A stretch of 64,000 nucleotides of DNA from Octopus sinensis (taxonomy: Eukaryota). A model generated the notes under the pieces. It saw nothing but the letters and a program-made list of their open reading frames with translations. It did no database searches and was not told where the DNA came from. The position numbers and the translations under genes were made by a program. Shown piece by piece: positions 23,908 to 36,919 of the stretch. The stretch's first letter is position 1, and each line of letters opens with the position of its first letter. The stretch is taken from contig NC_043017.1 of assembly GCF_006345805.1 (NCBI RefSeq), positions 25,482,001 to 25,546,000 on the forward strand, in the 5' to 3' direction.

Positions 23908-24141
23908 TATTTCTTTATTACCCACAAGGGGCTAAACACAGAGGGTACAAACAAGGACAGACAAAGGTATTAAGTTGATTACATCGACCCCCAGTGCGTA
24001 ACTGGTACTTAATTTATCGACCCCAAAAGGATGAAAGGCAAAGTCGACCTCGGCAGAATTTGAACTCAGAACGTAACAGCAGACGAAATACCGCTAAGCA
24101 TTTCGCCAGGCGTGCTAACGTTTCTGCCAGCTCGCCGCCTT
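23908..24141 (-). mobile_element. SINE family B, monomer
   Basis: Full copy. Confidence 0.9.
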
Positions 24142-24534
24142 ATATACCATTTATTTGGATCTATACACCCACCTCTATCATGTATGTGAATTGAATTATA
24201 AAATAATTCTGTCAGAAACCGTCTCTGCATTCCCTTATTCTCTAACACTTTTTAGTATCATTAATCCATTGTTCCAAGTTGTTTACACAGAATTTGATCA
24301 TCATTCGGGTTCAGAGTTCATCATACATTCTGTTTGTTGTATTCTGCTCTTCTCGCATTCTCTATAGAACTCCATTATTCTTTCTTATTCTTTGTGGCTT
24401 CTGTGGAATCTGAAGTTAAATATTTCTTCCAAATATTGGTTTTGTTTTGTTTTTTCTGCCTCACTACTCCATTATGTCACACCAGAAATTTTGACAAGTA
24501 TTGTGGGAACATTTTAAACTGACACGGCTGTGTG

Positions 24535-25340
24535 CACGTGTATGTATATATATATATATGTGTGTGTGTGTATACCGGTGTGTGCTTATATGTATACTGT
24601 TTATATTAATGTATATGTATGTATATGTGTGTGTGTGTGTGTGTATGCACATTTCTGTATATGCATGTGTGTGCGTATTGTATATTTGTTTATATATGTG
24701 CATGTGTGTGTGGATGTATGTATATATATGTGTGGTGTGTGTGGATGTATGTGTATATATATGTGTGTGTGGATGTGTGTGGATGTATGTGTATATATGT
24801 GTGTGTGGATGTATGTGTATATATGTGTGTGTGGATGTATGTGTGTATATGTGTGTGTGTGTGTGTGGATGTATGTATATATATATATGTGTGGGGGGAT
24901 GTATGTGTATATATGTGTGTGTGTGGATGTATGTATATATATATATGTGTGGGGGGATGTATGTGTATATATATATGTGTATGTGTGTGTGTGTATATAT
25001 GTGTGTGTGTAGATGTATGTGTATATGTGCTTGTGTGTCTGGATGTATGTGTATATATATGTTTATGTGGATGTATGTGTATATGTGTGTGTGTGTGTAG
25101 ATGTATGTGTTTATATATTTTTGTGTGTGGATGTATGTATATATATGTGTGTGTGTGGGGAATGTATGTGTATATATATGTGTGTGTAAGGATGTATGTG
25201 TATATATATATATATGTGTGTTTAAGGGACGTATGTGTATATATGTGGATATGTATATATGTGTGTCAGGTGAGGTATGTGTATATATATGTGTGGGGTG
25301 TTGTAGGTGTATATATGTGTGTGTGTGTGTGTGTGTTTGA
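24535..25340. repeat. GGATGTATGT-anchored TA/TG minisatellite
   Basis: Recurrent gtggatgtatgtgtatatat unit of variable length. Confidence 0.9.
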
Positions 25341-25604
25341 AAGATGTTGGTTATTGTTACATTTTCACTTGTCATTCCTTTCGAATGTGATGTTTATGTT
25401 TTTAAGTATCGTTTGATGCTTGTGTGACCCCTTTTATTAGTGTTACCCCGGCAACAACTACAACAGTGACAGTCTTGTGCACCCATTGTGCAATCACAAC
25501 AAGAGCTTAGAATAAAATGTTTTTTAAGGTTAAAACAAAACAAAAATGCTAAGAGTTCTATCCAAATTCGGATGTGAACATTGAAGCAGCGTTAACAGAA
25601 ACCC

Positions 25605-25647
25605 TTTCATCATTGTCATCATCACTATCATCATCATCATCATCGCC

Positions 25648-25678
<31 letters not shown>

Positions 25679-25768
25679 CTATCATCATCATCATCGTCGT
25701 CTTCATCATCATCATCACTATCATCATCACCATCATCATCGTCGTCACCATCATCACTATCGTCATCT

Positions 25769-25799
<31 letters not shown>

Positions 25800-25950
25800 C
25801 ACTATCATCACCATCATCATCCCCATCACCATCATCATCCTCATCATCATCATCACCATTATCATCACCATCCTCCTCCTCCTCCTCCTCCTCCTCATCA
25901 TCATCATCATCACCACTATCATCTTCATCACCACCACCACCATCATCATC
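25605..25950. repeat. (CAT)n-based microsatellite
   Basis: Direct reading. Confidence 0.95.
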
Positions 25951-26209
25951 ATTTAACATCCATTTTTCCATGCAGACATGGGTTGGATGGTTTGCCAGAA
26001 GCTGACCAGTTGAAGGGCTGTTCAGACTCCATGTCTGTTTTGCTATGGTTTCTTATAGCTGGATGCCCTTCCTAACACCAACCACTTTACAGTGTGTGCT
26101 GGGTGCTTCTACACAGCACCAGCACAGATGGTTTTTTTTTTTACATGGCACAAACACTCACGAGCCTGCAAAATTAGGGATGCTCAGGTGGAGAGGGTTA
26201 CATATACAT

Positions 26210-27090
26210 ACATGACAGGCTTTCAATTTCTGTCTACAAAATCCGCTCACAAGGCTTTGGTCAGCCCGAAGCAATAGTAAAAAAAAAACATGCTCATGGT
26301 GCCACAAAGTGGGACTGAACTTGGAACCATATGGTTGGGAAGCAGGCCTCTTATCACACGGCCATACCTGTGCCTATGTCTATTTTTACAGGTAACCTAT
26401 CAATGTCTACAAAATCCACTCACAAGGCTTTGGTCAGCCCGATGCTATCGTAAAAGACATACTCATGGTGCCACAAAGTGGGACTGAACTTAGAACCATA
26501 TGGTTGGGAACCAGGCCTCTTATCACACAGCCATACCTGTGCCTATGTCTATTTTTACAGGTAACCTATCAATGTCTACAAAATCCACTCACAAGGCTTT
26601 GGTCAGCCCGATGCTATCGTAAAAGACATACTCATGGTGCCACAAAGTGGGACTGAACTTAGAACCATATGGTTGGGAAGCAGGCCTCTTATCACACGGC
26701 CATACCTGTGCCTATGTCTATTTTTACAGGTAACCTATCAATGTCTACAAAATCCACTCACAAGGCTTTGGTCAGCCTGAAGCTATCGTAAAAGACACAT
26801 ACTCATGGTGCCACAAAGTGGGACTGAACTTAGAACCATATGGTTGGGAACCAGGCCTCTTATCACACAGCCATACCTGTGCCTATGTCTATTTTTACAG
26901 GTAACCTATCAATGTCTACAAAATCCACTCACAAGGCTTTGGTCAGCCCGATGCTATCGTAAAAGACACATGCTCGTGGTGCCACAAAGTGGGACTGAAC
27001 TTAGAACCATATGGCCAGGAATCAGGCCTCTTATCACACGGCCATACCTGTGCCTATGTCTATTTTTACAGGTAACCTATCAATGTCTTA
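26210..27090 (-). repeat. tandem array (169-171 bp period, 5 units) of the SINE A 5' half plus flank
   Basis: caatgtctac anchor at 26401, 26570, 26739, 26910 and 27081. Confidence 0.95.
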
Positions 27091-27650
27091 ACAGAAATGA
27101 CTGTGTAGTAATCTAGTTGTGCCGTTTACAAATGGATGAGGGACATAATCCTTAAGTAAGCAGCTGATTTGATGTTATTCGTTATCATTTCATCTCTCTT
27201 CTGTTCAGCTTTGTATTCATTCACCGTTGTTCTAACGATAATTAACCAGTTAGTGATTGTATTTTTAATGCAATTCACTCGGTGGTTGTTTGAATTGAGT
27301 TTTAAAATAATCCTTAATTTGTAAGGGTTTTATTAAAATATTCCTGTTTGTTATTAAGTTGTTGTTTCAGAACAGACCTTAGCAAATGTCTTTACACAAA
27401 ATTACAAAAGGATATTTAAACGTGAATGTTGTTGTCATACTCTTATGCTCTCTTTTACTCTCTTACTTGTTTCAGTCATTTGACTGTGGCCATGCTGGAG
27501 CACTGCCCTTAGTCAAGCAAATCGACCCCAGGACTTATTCTTTGTAAACCTAGTGCTTATTCTATCAGTTTCTTTTGCTGAACCGCTAAGTTACGGGGAC
27601 GTAAACACACCAGCATTGGTTGTCAAGTGATGTTGGGGGCACAAACACAA

Positions 27651-27806
27651 ACCTTTTCACTACCAAGGACCCCCTTTTATTGAAATGAGTTTTCCCACGA
27701 ATACCAGGATATTGAAAGGTTCTGTCAACCTAACATGTTCACAGGCCCCTAGTGCTACCTTTGTGGACCACCAGGGGTCCATGGACCACAAGTTAGGAAT
27801 CACTAT
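27651..27806. mobile_element. partial hAT-type MITE
   Basis: aaccttttcac... start and gggtccatggaccacaagttaggaatcact end resemble hAT MITE termini; no TSD verified. Confidence 0.4.
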
Positions 27807-28106
27807 TATAGAGTATTAGGTGTCAGATTATGTAACTGTGTGTACTATGCTAGATTGGTTGGTATTATTGTTTATTCAACTGCTGTATCCCTCTCTTTCC
27901 ATTCCTTCATGTTTGGTACTTTATACTAATTAAAACAACATGTCTTCACAGTTGGATGGTTAAATCCTCCTTTCTTCTCTTTCAATAATTATTCAGTCAT
28001 GGAACAAGAATAGAACCCTATTTTCTTTCTAAATCTGTTTTCTTTTTCTCTCAGAATATATAAGTTCATTATTTATTCCCCCCCTTTTCTTTTTTCTCTT
28101 TTCCAG

Positions 28107-28153
28107 GTAACTCCTACTTAATGCAGCTTGATCGTCTGGAACAACAACATCAG
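28107..28153 (+). CDS. internal coding exon (47 nt, phase 1-0)
   Basis: Strong acceptor ccccttttcttttttctcttttccag and donor CAG|GTAAGT. Reads xNSYLMQLDRLEQQHQ; phase-compatible with the 9831-10013 exon. Confidence 0.75.
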
Positions 28154-28184
28154 GTAAGTTCAACTATAGACATACCATCCGAAT

Positions 28185-28605
28185 GTAGTCAATCGATACC
28201 AGTGCCCCCTAACTGGCTACCATGCTGGTGGTATGTAAAAAAATACCACCTGAATATGGTCGACACCAGTGCCCCCTGATTGGCTCCCGTGTTGGTAGCA
28301 TGTAAAAAAAACACCATCCGAACATGGTCGATGCCAGTGCCCCCTAACTGGCTCCCATGCTGGTGGCATGTAAAAAAAACACCATCGAAATGTGGTTGAT
28401 GCCAGTTCCCCCTGATTGGCTCCTGTGCCAGTGGCATGTAAAAAGCACCCACTACACTTTCTGAATGGTTGGCATTAGGAAGGGCATCCAGCTGTAGAAA
28501 CCTTGCCTGATCAGATTGGAGCCTGGTGCTGCCAGTCCCCATTCAAACCGTCCAATCCATGCCAGCACGGAAAGCGGATGTTAAACGATGATGACGATGA
28601 TGATT
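28185..28605 (+). mobile_element. SINE-like family C with VNTR modules
   Basis: Repeated ccagtgccccctaactggct modules, core, and gatgatgacgatgat tail. Confidence 0.85.
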
Positions 28606-29989
28606 ACTCCTCATTACTCTGTAAGGAGCATAGGACTGGTTTCTCTGGTGTATATATATTCCTTTCTGGATGGGATGCCCGTCCATTGCAGGGTTACTGG
28701 TGAATGGACTAGAACAATGGGAATCGAAACCACAACCTTACTGCCATGAGTCCAACACCCTAATCACGAAGCCATGCTCATCATCATCATCATCATCATC
28801 ATCACTATTGTCGTCGTCATCATCATCATCATCATCATCACCACCACCACCACCACCACCATCATTTAATATCCGTTTCCCATGCTAGCATGGGTTGTGG
28901 GTCGGATGGTTTGACAGGAGCTGACCAGTTGAAGGGCTGTTCAGGCTCCATGTCTGTTTTGGCCTGGTTTCTTATAGCTGGATTGAGGAGTAAAATAAAT
29001 TTCACAGGTGTCAGCCTGGTTGTGTTATTAAGACGATCCCTTTGCAATAATGATGGGGCTTGGGGGGCTTGGTCTCTCTGCACAACATCTTAGGTAAGTT
29101 TCTTCTCTTATAGCGATATGCAGACCAATGACTTTCAGTTTGACATTGGTGAGTGGAAAATGTGCTGAACCCCCTCAGAGGTGTTTTGCATGTCTGTCTC
29201 ATTTTCTATCTCTAAGTTAACACTTAAAAAAAAAAAATCCATTTTCAGTAACTTAGTTTTGGCAACAACAAAAAATAGGTAGCAAAAGTAAGCACTAGAC
29301 TTTAAAATAACTTCTGAAGTTGATGTTATTTTCAGTATTAATGGTGCTGCTACAGCATGGCCATAACTCTCTGATCAAATGAGTGTGTGTTGGTAAACTT
29401 TCTGTTTTAGTAGTATATCTGGGACAAGTTTCACATCTCTCCAACGTGTTCTTTTTATTATAAGACAGTGTAAGGTGACAAGGTGGCTAAATCTTTAGTA
29501 CATCAGACAAAATTGTTTTGGGGCATTTTTTTTTTGTTGTTGTTTGGGTTCCAAGTTCAAATCCTCCCATGGTCAGCTTTGACTTTCAACTTTTCAGGGG
29601 CTGATATAAAAAGTGCCGGTTGAGCACAGGGAATGATGTAATTGACTTTACATCTTCCCTTAAAATTCTTGGCTTTCTGCCAAAATTTGAAGCCATTATA
29701 AAACGATGTGTGATTTGAGGAAGATTTGGTTGTTAATTCTAACAGATCAAGTTACTATATAGAACTGTGATTCACACCTTTTTTGACTTTATGGTGCACT
29801 GCATTGGAGTGCAATAAAAATAATTACTGATGCGCTTCACATTGAAAGCTAATTACTGCCATATTTCGCGAAGAAAAATAAAAAATTCAAGGTGAATTTC
29901 ACACAGAAAGCCCAAAACTACTGGTACATAGGAATATTTTTGTTGGAAAAATCTAGAAAATCTAGAAAAATGATGGAAATCTGTTTATC

Positions 29990-30182
29990 TTTTTTTCTTT
30001 TACTTCTTTCAGTCATTTGACTGTGGCCATGCTGGAGCACTGCCTTTAGTCGAGCAAATCGACCCCGGGACTTATTCTTTGTAAGCCCAGTACTTATTCT
30101 ATCGGTCTCTTTTTGCTGAACCGCTAAGTGACGGGGACATAAACACACCAGCATCGGTTGTCAAGCAATGCTAGGGGGACAA

Positions 30183-30238
<56 letters not shown>

Positions 30239-30391
30239 CAGGCTTCCTTCAGTTTCCGTCTACCAAATCCACTCACAAGGATTTGGTCAGCCCGAGGCTA
30301 TAGCAGAAGACACTTGCCCAAGGTGTCACGCAGTGGGACTAAACCCGGAACCATGTGGTTGGTTAGCAAGCTACTTACCACACAGCCACTC
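29990..30391 (-). mobile_element. SINE family A
   Basis: Near full-length copy. Confidence 0.9.
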
Positions 30392-31140
30392 AACCTTTAT
30401 TTTATGAATCACATTTGTGTTTAATAAAATGAAGAATTACGTTTTTCAAACTGATCGAGCAATAACAAGGATTTGCTAATGCTTAAGATTGTATTTATAT
30501 AATCCATGGCACACATGTGACATACCTAAATCCTCTTGTGAACCCTTTGGTGTATGGCTTCCTTGTTGGCCTATAGAAACCTCATTGAGTAGCAGTCAAG
30601 CACAAATGAGGAAAATGATTGTGTGTGTGTGTGTGTGTAGCTGTGTGGATAAGAAGTTTGCTTTCCAACCCAAGTACCTCTGGGTTCAGTCCTACTGAGT
30701 GACACCTTGGGAGCATGTCCTCTTCTGAAGTCTTTGGCTGGTTATCTCTTTGTGAGTGAATTAGGTGTGTAGAAACTGAAGGCATCCTGTCATGTGTTCT
30801 GATAATAAATAAATACCTACTAAATCGGTAGCCTGAGCAGAATCTGGTGCCCCCATAGGTATATCAAAAAAGTTTCTAGTATCTTTCCTAGCCCATAATT
30901 TATTATTATAATTGATGTTCTGATAATAAATACCTACTAAATGGGTTAGGGTTACCTGTCGTGTGTGTAGCTGTGTGGTCAAGAAGTTTGCTTCCCAACC
31001 CACATACCTCTGGTGTCACTCAATGGGACTGAGTAACTCCTTGGGAAAGTGTCCTCTTCTAAAGTCCTGGACTGGTCATATCATTGTGAGTGGATTTGGT
31101 GGACAGAAATTGAAGACTGCCTGTCATGTCTGTATGTGTG

Positions 31141-31332
31141 TGGCCCAAATATTCTGCCTGTTTTATGTTCAAAATGACCAGGTCTAACCTCTCACACCTA
31201 CCCTACAATGCCATTCTGTAAATAGACAGTAGCATCACCCAAATCCCAAAGCTATGAGACCTGATTAATTCAAAACAATATGAATAAATTAGCTTTACAC
31301 ATGGCAGAGTAATTTGAACTCTGAAGGGTTAA
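31141..31332 (-). mobile_element. TTAA-ended MITE family F
   Basis: Reverse-complement match to 10860-11049; ends gaagggttaa. Confidence 0.65.
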
Positions 31333-32019
31333 ATCTTTGCTTAGCATCTAAGATATCGGTGTGGGGTGGGAGGAGACTGAGGCGGGGGGGCAGGGGGGGG
31401 GAATGTTTTCGATGTTTAAAAAACAGAAACTTCATTACGTTTCCTCGCATTTTTGTAAACAGTTTGGTAACCAGGCTTGAGATCACCTGATGTCATGTGA
31501 CGGGTATACTTCTACACCACCACCACTACCACCACCACCAGACACATCAGCATACCTTGTCCCTTCCTCGACACCCCCATTTCCTATTTTGAGCAATTTC
31601 CTGCTATTCATTGCTAGTAGCCATACTTGTAAACAAGACCCTGTTATGCGGTGACCACCACAGTTAAAACCCATAACCGGAGATACCATAACAACTTGGA
31701 AATGCGTTTTGCTAAAAGCATTGTTTACTAGTTTGTCTGTTACGGAGAATATAAAGGAAATGTCTTATTTATCTATTTATTTATTTGGCCATCCATGTCT
31801 CTCTCCATCTGCCTCTCTTTGTACTTCTGTCTCTCTTTCTGTCTCTAACAAACCAACCATGTGTTTGTCTATTTATCTCACAAGTTAGCCATCTATTTGT
31901 CCATTATATATATATATATATATATATATTCTATTACATATTGTTTCAGTCCTTGGGCTGTGGCCATGCTGGGGCATTGCCTATATATATATATATATCC
32001 ATACATATACTCACACATA

Positions 32020-32034
32020 TCTCTATCTATCTAC

Positions 32035-32100
<66 letters not shown>

Positions 32101-32240
32101 GTCTGTCTATCTATCTATTTACCTATCTACCTGTCTATCTATCTGTCTATCTATCTATCTACCTATCTATCTGTCTATCTATCTACCTATCTGTCAGTCT
32201 GTCTATCTATCTATCTGTCTGTCTGTCTGTCTGTCTGTCA
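32020..32240. repeat. (CTAT)n/(CTGT)n tetranucleotide array
   Basis: Direct reading. Confidence 0.95.
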
Positions 32241-32628
32241 TTCAATGCACCTACTCACCTACCTACCTGTCCACCTACCCAGTGTCTTAAGAGATTAAGA
32301 AACGGTGATTTGTGGGCACCAAACACAACAATTCTTCAGATTTACCAGGAGGCAAGTTAGTGGTGATGGTAGTAGTACTAGTAGTAGTGGCAGCAGCGGC
32401 AGCAGTAATGATAGCTGTGAATAAAAATTATGTGATGTTTATTTCTTAGTGGAAAAAAAAGTATTACAATTTTCTTTTCCTTTTTATTTATTATTATATT
32501 TTTTTTTGTTGTTGTTTGCTTAGTTTCACAGTCACAAATGTATACTTGGAAGAAAATATGATTGTGTGATGTTGAGGATAAGAAATGAATAGTGTTTTTC
32601 TCATAGTAATTTACATTGGGAATTAGGT

Positions 32629-33243
32629 CTATCTATCTATCCGCTCAGTCGAAGTCGACTCTCAGTTACTCGATGGATCAGTGTCCTCCAGTCAGTTCTA
32701 TCCTGGGTCGCTTCTTTCAGATTGGCTATGTCCATTCTGGTATCACTCTTGATTGGTGTCAAGCCAGCGGGTTCTTGGTCGGCCTCTTCCTCTCTTGCCA
32801 CTGACCATTCCGAGCCTGATGTCCTTCTCCAGGGATTTTCTCCGCATAATATGACCGAAATATGCCAATCTATGCTTGGTGATCCTAGTTTCCAGCGACA
32901 GTTTCAGCTTGATCTGGTTAAGAACTTCTCCATTGGTGAGCCTCGCTGTCCCTCTCTTGCCACTGACCATTCCGAGCATGATGTCCTTCTCCAGGGATTT
33001 TCTCAGCATAATATGACCGAAATATGCCAATCTATGCTTGGTGATCCCAGCTTCTAGCGACATTTTCGGCCTGATCTGCTTAAGAACTTCTCCATTGGTG
33101 AGCCTCGCTGTCCATGGAATCTGCAAAAGTCTTCTCCAACACCAAAGCTCGAATGCATTAATTCTCTTCTGGTCAGCTTTCTTTAGTGTCCAAGTCTCGC
33201 ATCCATATGTTGCTACTGGGAAGACAATTGCATTCACCAATCT
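32629..33243 (-). mobile_element. 5'-truncated RTE-BovB-like LINE with in-frame internal duplication
   Basis: VFPVATYGCETWTLKKAD..RINAFELWCWRRLL..IPW...YFGHIMR..SLEK..MLG...GKR.RGRPRTRWLD, then WRTLIHRVTESRLRLSG*; (ATAG)n tail; 9-bp TSD GAATTAGGT at 32620-32628 and 33244-33252. Confidence 0.95.
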
Positions 33244-33286
33244 GAATTAGGTAATTTACACAAATTAATTATGATTTTCCTCTCAG

Positions 33287-33421
33287 ATTCACACACTTAT
33301 TGCAGCAGTCCTTCAGTTTGTCTAAGCTCTGTAAAAAAACTCAGAAGGTTCGGCCTGCAACCAAGCATTTCACAAGACCCTTAAAGCCAGGAACTTTTCA
33401 GCACCCCCCTTGTAAAACAGT
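33287..33421 (+). CDS. candidate internal exon (135 nt, symmetric)
   Basis: Acceptor atgattttcctctcag, donor gtaaga. Fully open only in phase 2 (FTHLLQQSFSLSKLCKKTQKVRPATKHFTRPLKPGTFQHPPCKT); needs an unidentified 0->2 exon to join 28153. Confidence 0.35.
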
Positions 33422-33756
33422 GTAAGATCAGGGAGAGAAAATGAAAAAAAAAAAGCCCTCTATGTGAAGAATCTGATACACAATATCAGGGTCAGAATTA
33501 GCACTTAGCATTGTTTTTTGCTTGATTCTGTCATTGAACTGTGGCCATGCTGGGGTATCACATTCAAGAGATTTAGCTGAACAAATTGAAACCAGTTCTT
33601 TAAAAAAAATTTTTTTTATAAAGTTTGGTACTTATTCTGTTAGTCTCTTTTACTGAAGTGCTAAGTTAAGAGGATGCAAACAAAACAATACCAGTTGTCA
33701 CATGGTGGAGAGTGAGGCCAGACACACACACACACCACACACACACACACACGACC

Positions 33757-33988
33757 TATTTCTTTATTACCCACAAGGGGCTAAACATAGAGGGGATAAA
33801 CAAGGACAGACATAGGTATTAAGTCGATTACATCGACCCCAGTGCGTAAATGGTACTTAATTTATCGACCCCGAGAGGATGAAAGGTAATGTTGACCTCG
33901 GCGGAATTTGAACTCACAACGTAACGGCAGACGAAATACCGCTAAGCATTTCGCCCGGCGTGCTAACGTTTCTGCCAGCTCACCGCCT
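33757..33988 (-). mobile_element. SINE family B, monomer
   Basis: Full copy. Confidence 0.9.
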
Positions 33989-34357
33989 TCCACACCCACA
34001 CATGACCGATATACCTGGTGCCTTGCTGTACTCAAGAAGACCCATTTGCCACAGAAGAAGTGTCAAGGTCTCCCCCTCTGGTAAAGAGGATTGGCCTGTA
34101 GTGCAAGAGTCCTGTGGTGGTACCACATAAAAAGCCCTCGTGCTGGCGCCATGTAAAAGAGCGTGGGTCGGTGCCGTGTTAAAAGCACCCAGCACACTCT
34201 GTAAAGTGGTTGGCATTAGGAAATGCATTCAACTGCAGATACCAAGCCAAATCTGACTGTAATTTGGTGCAACTCTCCTGATTGCCAGCTCTTGTCAAAC
34301 CATCCAACCCATACCAGCGTGGGAAATGAACGTTAAAGGAGGATGATGATGATGAAG

Positions 34358-34392
<35 letters not shown>

Positions 34393-34606
34393 ACACACAC
34401 ACACACACATACACACACAGATGGGTTTCTACACAGTTTCAGTCTACCAAATTCACTCCCAAGTTATTGGTCTGGTCAGGGCCGTAGTAACAAAACGCAT
34501 GCCCAAGGTACCATACACTGGGACTGATCTTGAAAACCTACATGGTTGCAAAACGAGCTGCCTAACCACACGACCATGCTTGCACCTTTGATAGAATTTA
34601 TATAAC

Positions 34607-35012
34607 TCTTTACTCTTTTACTCTTTTACTTGTTTCAGTCATCTGACTGTGGCCATGCTGGAGCACCGCTTTTTGTCGAGCAAATCGACCCCCGGGACTT
34701 ATTCTTTGTAAGCCCAGTACTTATTCTATCGGTCTTTTTTGCCGAACCGCTAGGTGACGGGGACGTAAACACACCAGCATCGGTTGTCAAGCAATGCTAG
34801 GGGGACAAACACAGACACACAAACACACACATATATATATAAATATATACGACAGGCTTCTTTCAGTTTTCGTCTACCAAGTCCACTCACAAGGCATTGG
34901 TCGGCCCAGGGCTATAGCAGAAGACACTTGCCCAAGATGCCACGCAGTGGGACTGAACCGGAACCATGTGGTTGGTTAGCAAGCTACTTACCACACAGCC
35001 ACTCCTGCGCCT
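34607..35012 (-). mobile_element. SINE family A
   Basis: Full-length copy. Confidence 0.9.
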
Positions 35013-35814
35013 GTAAAAAAAATAACTAACAAAAAAAACTGAGAGGAAATATATTACAGAAAATAGTGTCCCATTATATTTGAGATGACATTGTAGTTAA
35101 CTGATTCTGGTAATTTTACACCTTAAAATGTACGGGGGGGGGGGGTGAGGTGGGAGAAGGAATCTGCAATTGGATGGTCTTCATAGTTTTAACATTAGCT
35201 AAAGGTAATCTGTTTTCTTAATCTCAAGGATTTCTTTCTTTAATGCTAGTTAATTATAGTTTAGGGCCCTTTTTTTTTTTCCTTTAAAAAAAAAAAGGAG
35301 CTTTTTCTGGGTTTTTTCCTGGTGGTAGTAGGGTTCCTATCAGAGGAATTAAACTGAACTTTGCAAGCCAATTAAATTCACATTAATTCTCTGTCACTGC
35401 CGTTGCTTACAAAGGCGGATCGCAATTATGCCACCCTGAATTATTGATTTGGAGCCACCCCAGTGAGGAGGACATCTACAACTGGCGCGGGTGGGGGGAT
35501 GGGGGTTCTCAATCTTCAATCTGCGAGAAAGAAATAGCAGCCAAATGTTCCCTCTAAATCCTCTTATTAAAACTAAAAGTGAGGCTGTTGTGGATATATG
35601 ATCAAATGATGGTGACTATGTTGTAGCTAAGAAGCTCGCTCCTTTACTGTCTGGCTTTAGGTTCAATCTAACTGCATGGCACCTTGAGCAAGTATCTTCT
35701 CTATCCTTCTGCCTGGTTAAAACCTAGTGAGTGGATTACATATTGGTATATTATAGAAACTGAAAGAAAACTATCATGTGTTTATGTACTTGTGTGTACA
35801 AACACACGCACACA

Positions 35815-36065
35815 TCATCATCATCATCATCATCATAATCGTTTAGCATCCGCTTTCCATGCTGGCATGAGTTGGATGGTTCAACTGGGGTCTGGGAAGC
35901 CAGAAGGCTGCACCAGGCCCAGTCTGATCTGGTAGTGTTTCTATGGCTGGATGGTCTTCCTCATGCCAATCACTCCTTGAGTGTATTGGGTGCTTTTTAT
36001 GTGCCACTGGCACAGGTGCCAGACGACGCTGGCAAATGGCCACGATCGGATGGTGCTTTTTACGT
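35815..36065 (-). mobile_element. SINE-like family C
   Basis: (CAT)n tail, core and one VNTR module. Confidence 0.85.
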
Positions 36066-36274
36066 GCCTTGTTTTAGTCATTTGGCTGTGGCCATGCTGG
36101 AGCGCCGCCTTTAGTCGAACAAATCGACCCCCAGGACTTATTCCTTGTAAGCCTAGTTACTAATCCTATCGGTTTCTTTTGGTGAACTGCTAAGTTATGA
36201 GGACATAAACACAGTAGCACCAGTTGTCAAGTGATGGTGGGGGGACAAACAGACACACAAACATAGACACACAC

Positions 36275-36331
<57 letters not shown>

Positions 36332-36877
36332 AGGAAAATAAGTCAAAGTAGAAAATGCTTAAGTAATTTTATCATCGAGACTTTTTCAATACTTAGGAGT
36401 TCAAAAAGTCTCAATGACTGAAACTGGTACTAAAATATTTTTCATGATAAAATTACTTTAGCATTTTCTACTTTGGCTTATTTTCCTTATACATACTTTG
36501 TACTTGACCAGCTAAAGGGCTGTTCAGGCTCCACGTCTATTTTGGCATGGTTTCTACGGCTGGATGCCTTTCCTAATGCCAACCACTTTACAAAGTATAC
36601 AGGGTGCTTTTATGCAGCACTGGCATGAGTGCTTTTTATGTAGCTCTAGCACCTACGAGCCCCCAAGATTAGGGATGCTCAGCTGGAGGGGGTTGCAGGG
36701 TATGAGCCTGTATGCAAGAGAAACCATGCTTTGTACTTAGCTTGACATGTCTTTCCAAGCATAGCAAACCACCTGGAGTCTCGTTCCCCTGTCATCACCT
36801 CTTGGAATATAGTATCTCTGAATACATATCAACTTGTGTGTTATACATATCAACTTGTGTGTTCCTTTTCAATCTTC

Positions 36878-36919
<42 letters not shown>

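Noticed and set aside
24180-24520. Possible old LINE fragment (QNFWCDI)
   Set aside because: Too decayed to assign.
29090-29155. gtaagt / ttatag / gtgagt splice-like signals
   Set aside because: Decayed SINE A sequence (ggcaagtgtcttctactatag...ttgtgagtgg).
29414-29469. Phase 0->2 segment that would link 28153 to 33287
   Set aside because: Its donor derives from the head of a decayed SINE B and the peptide is unconvincing.
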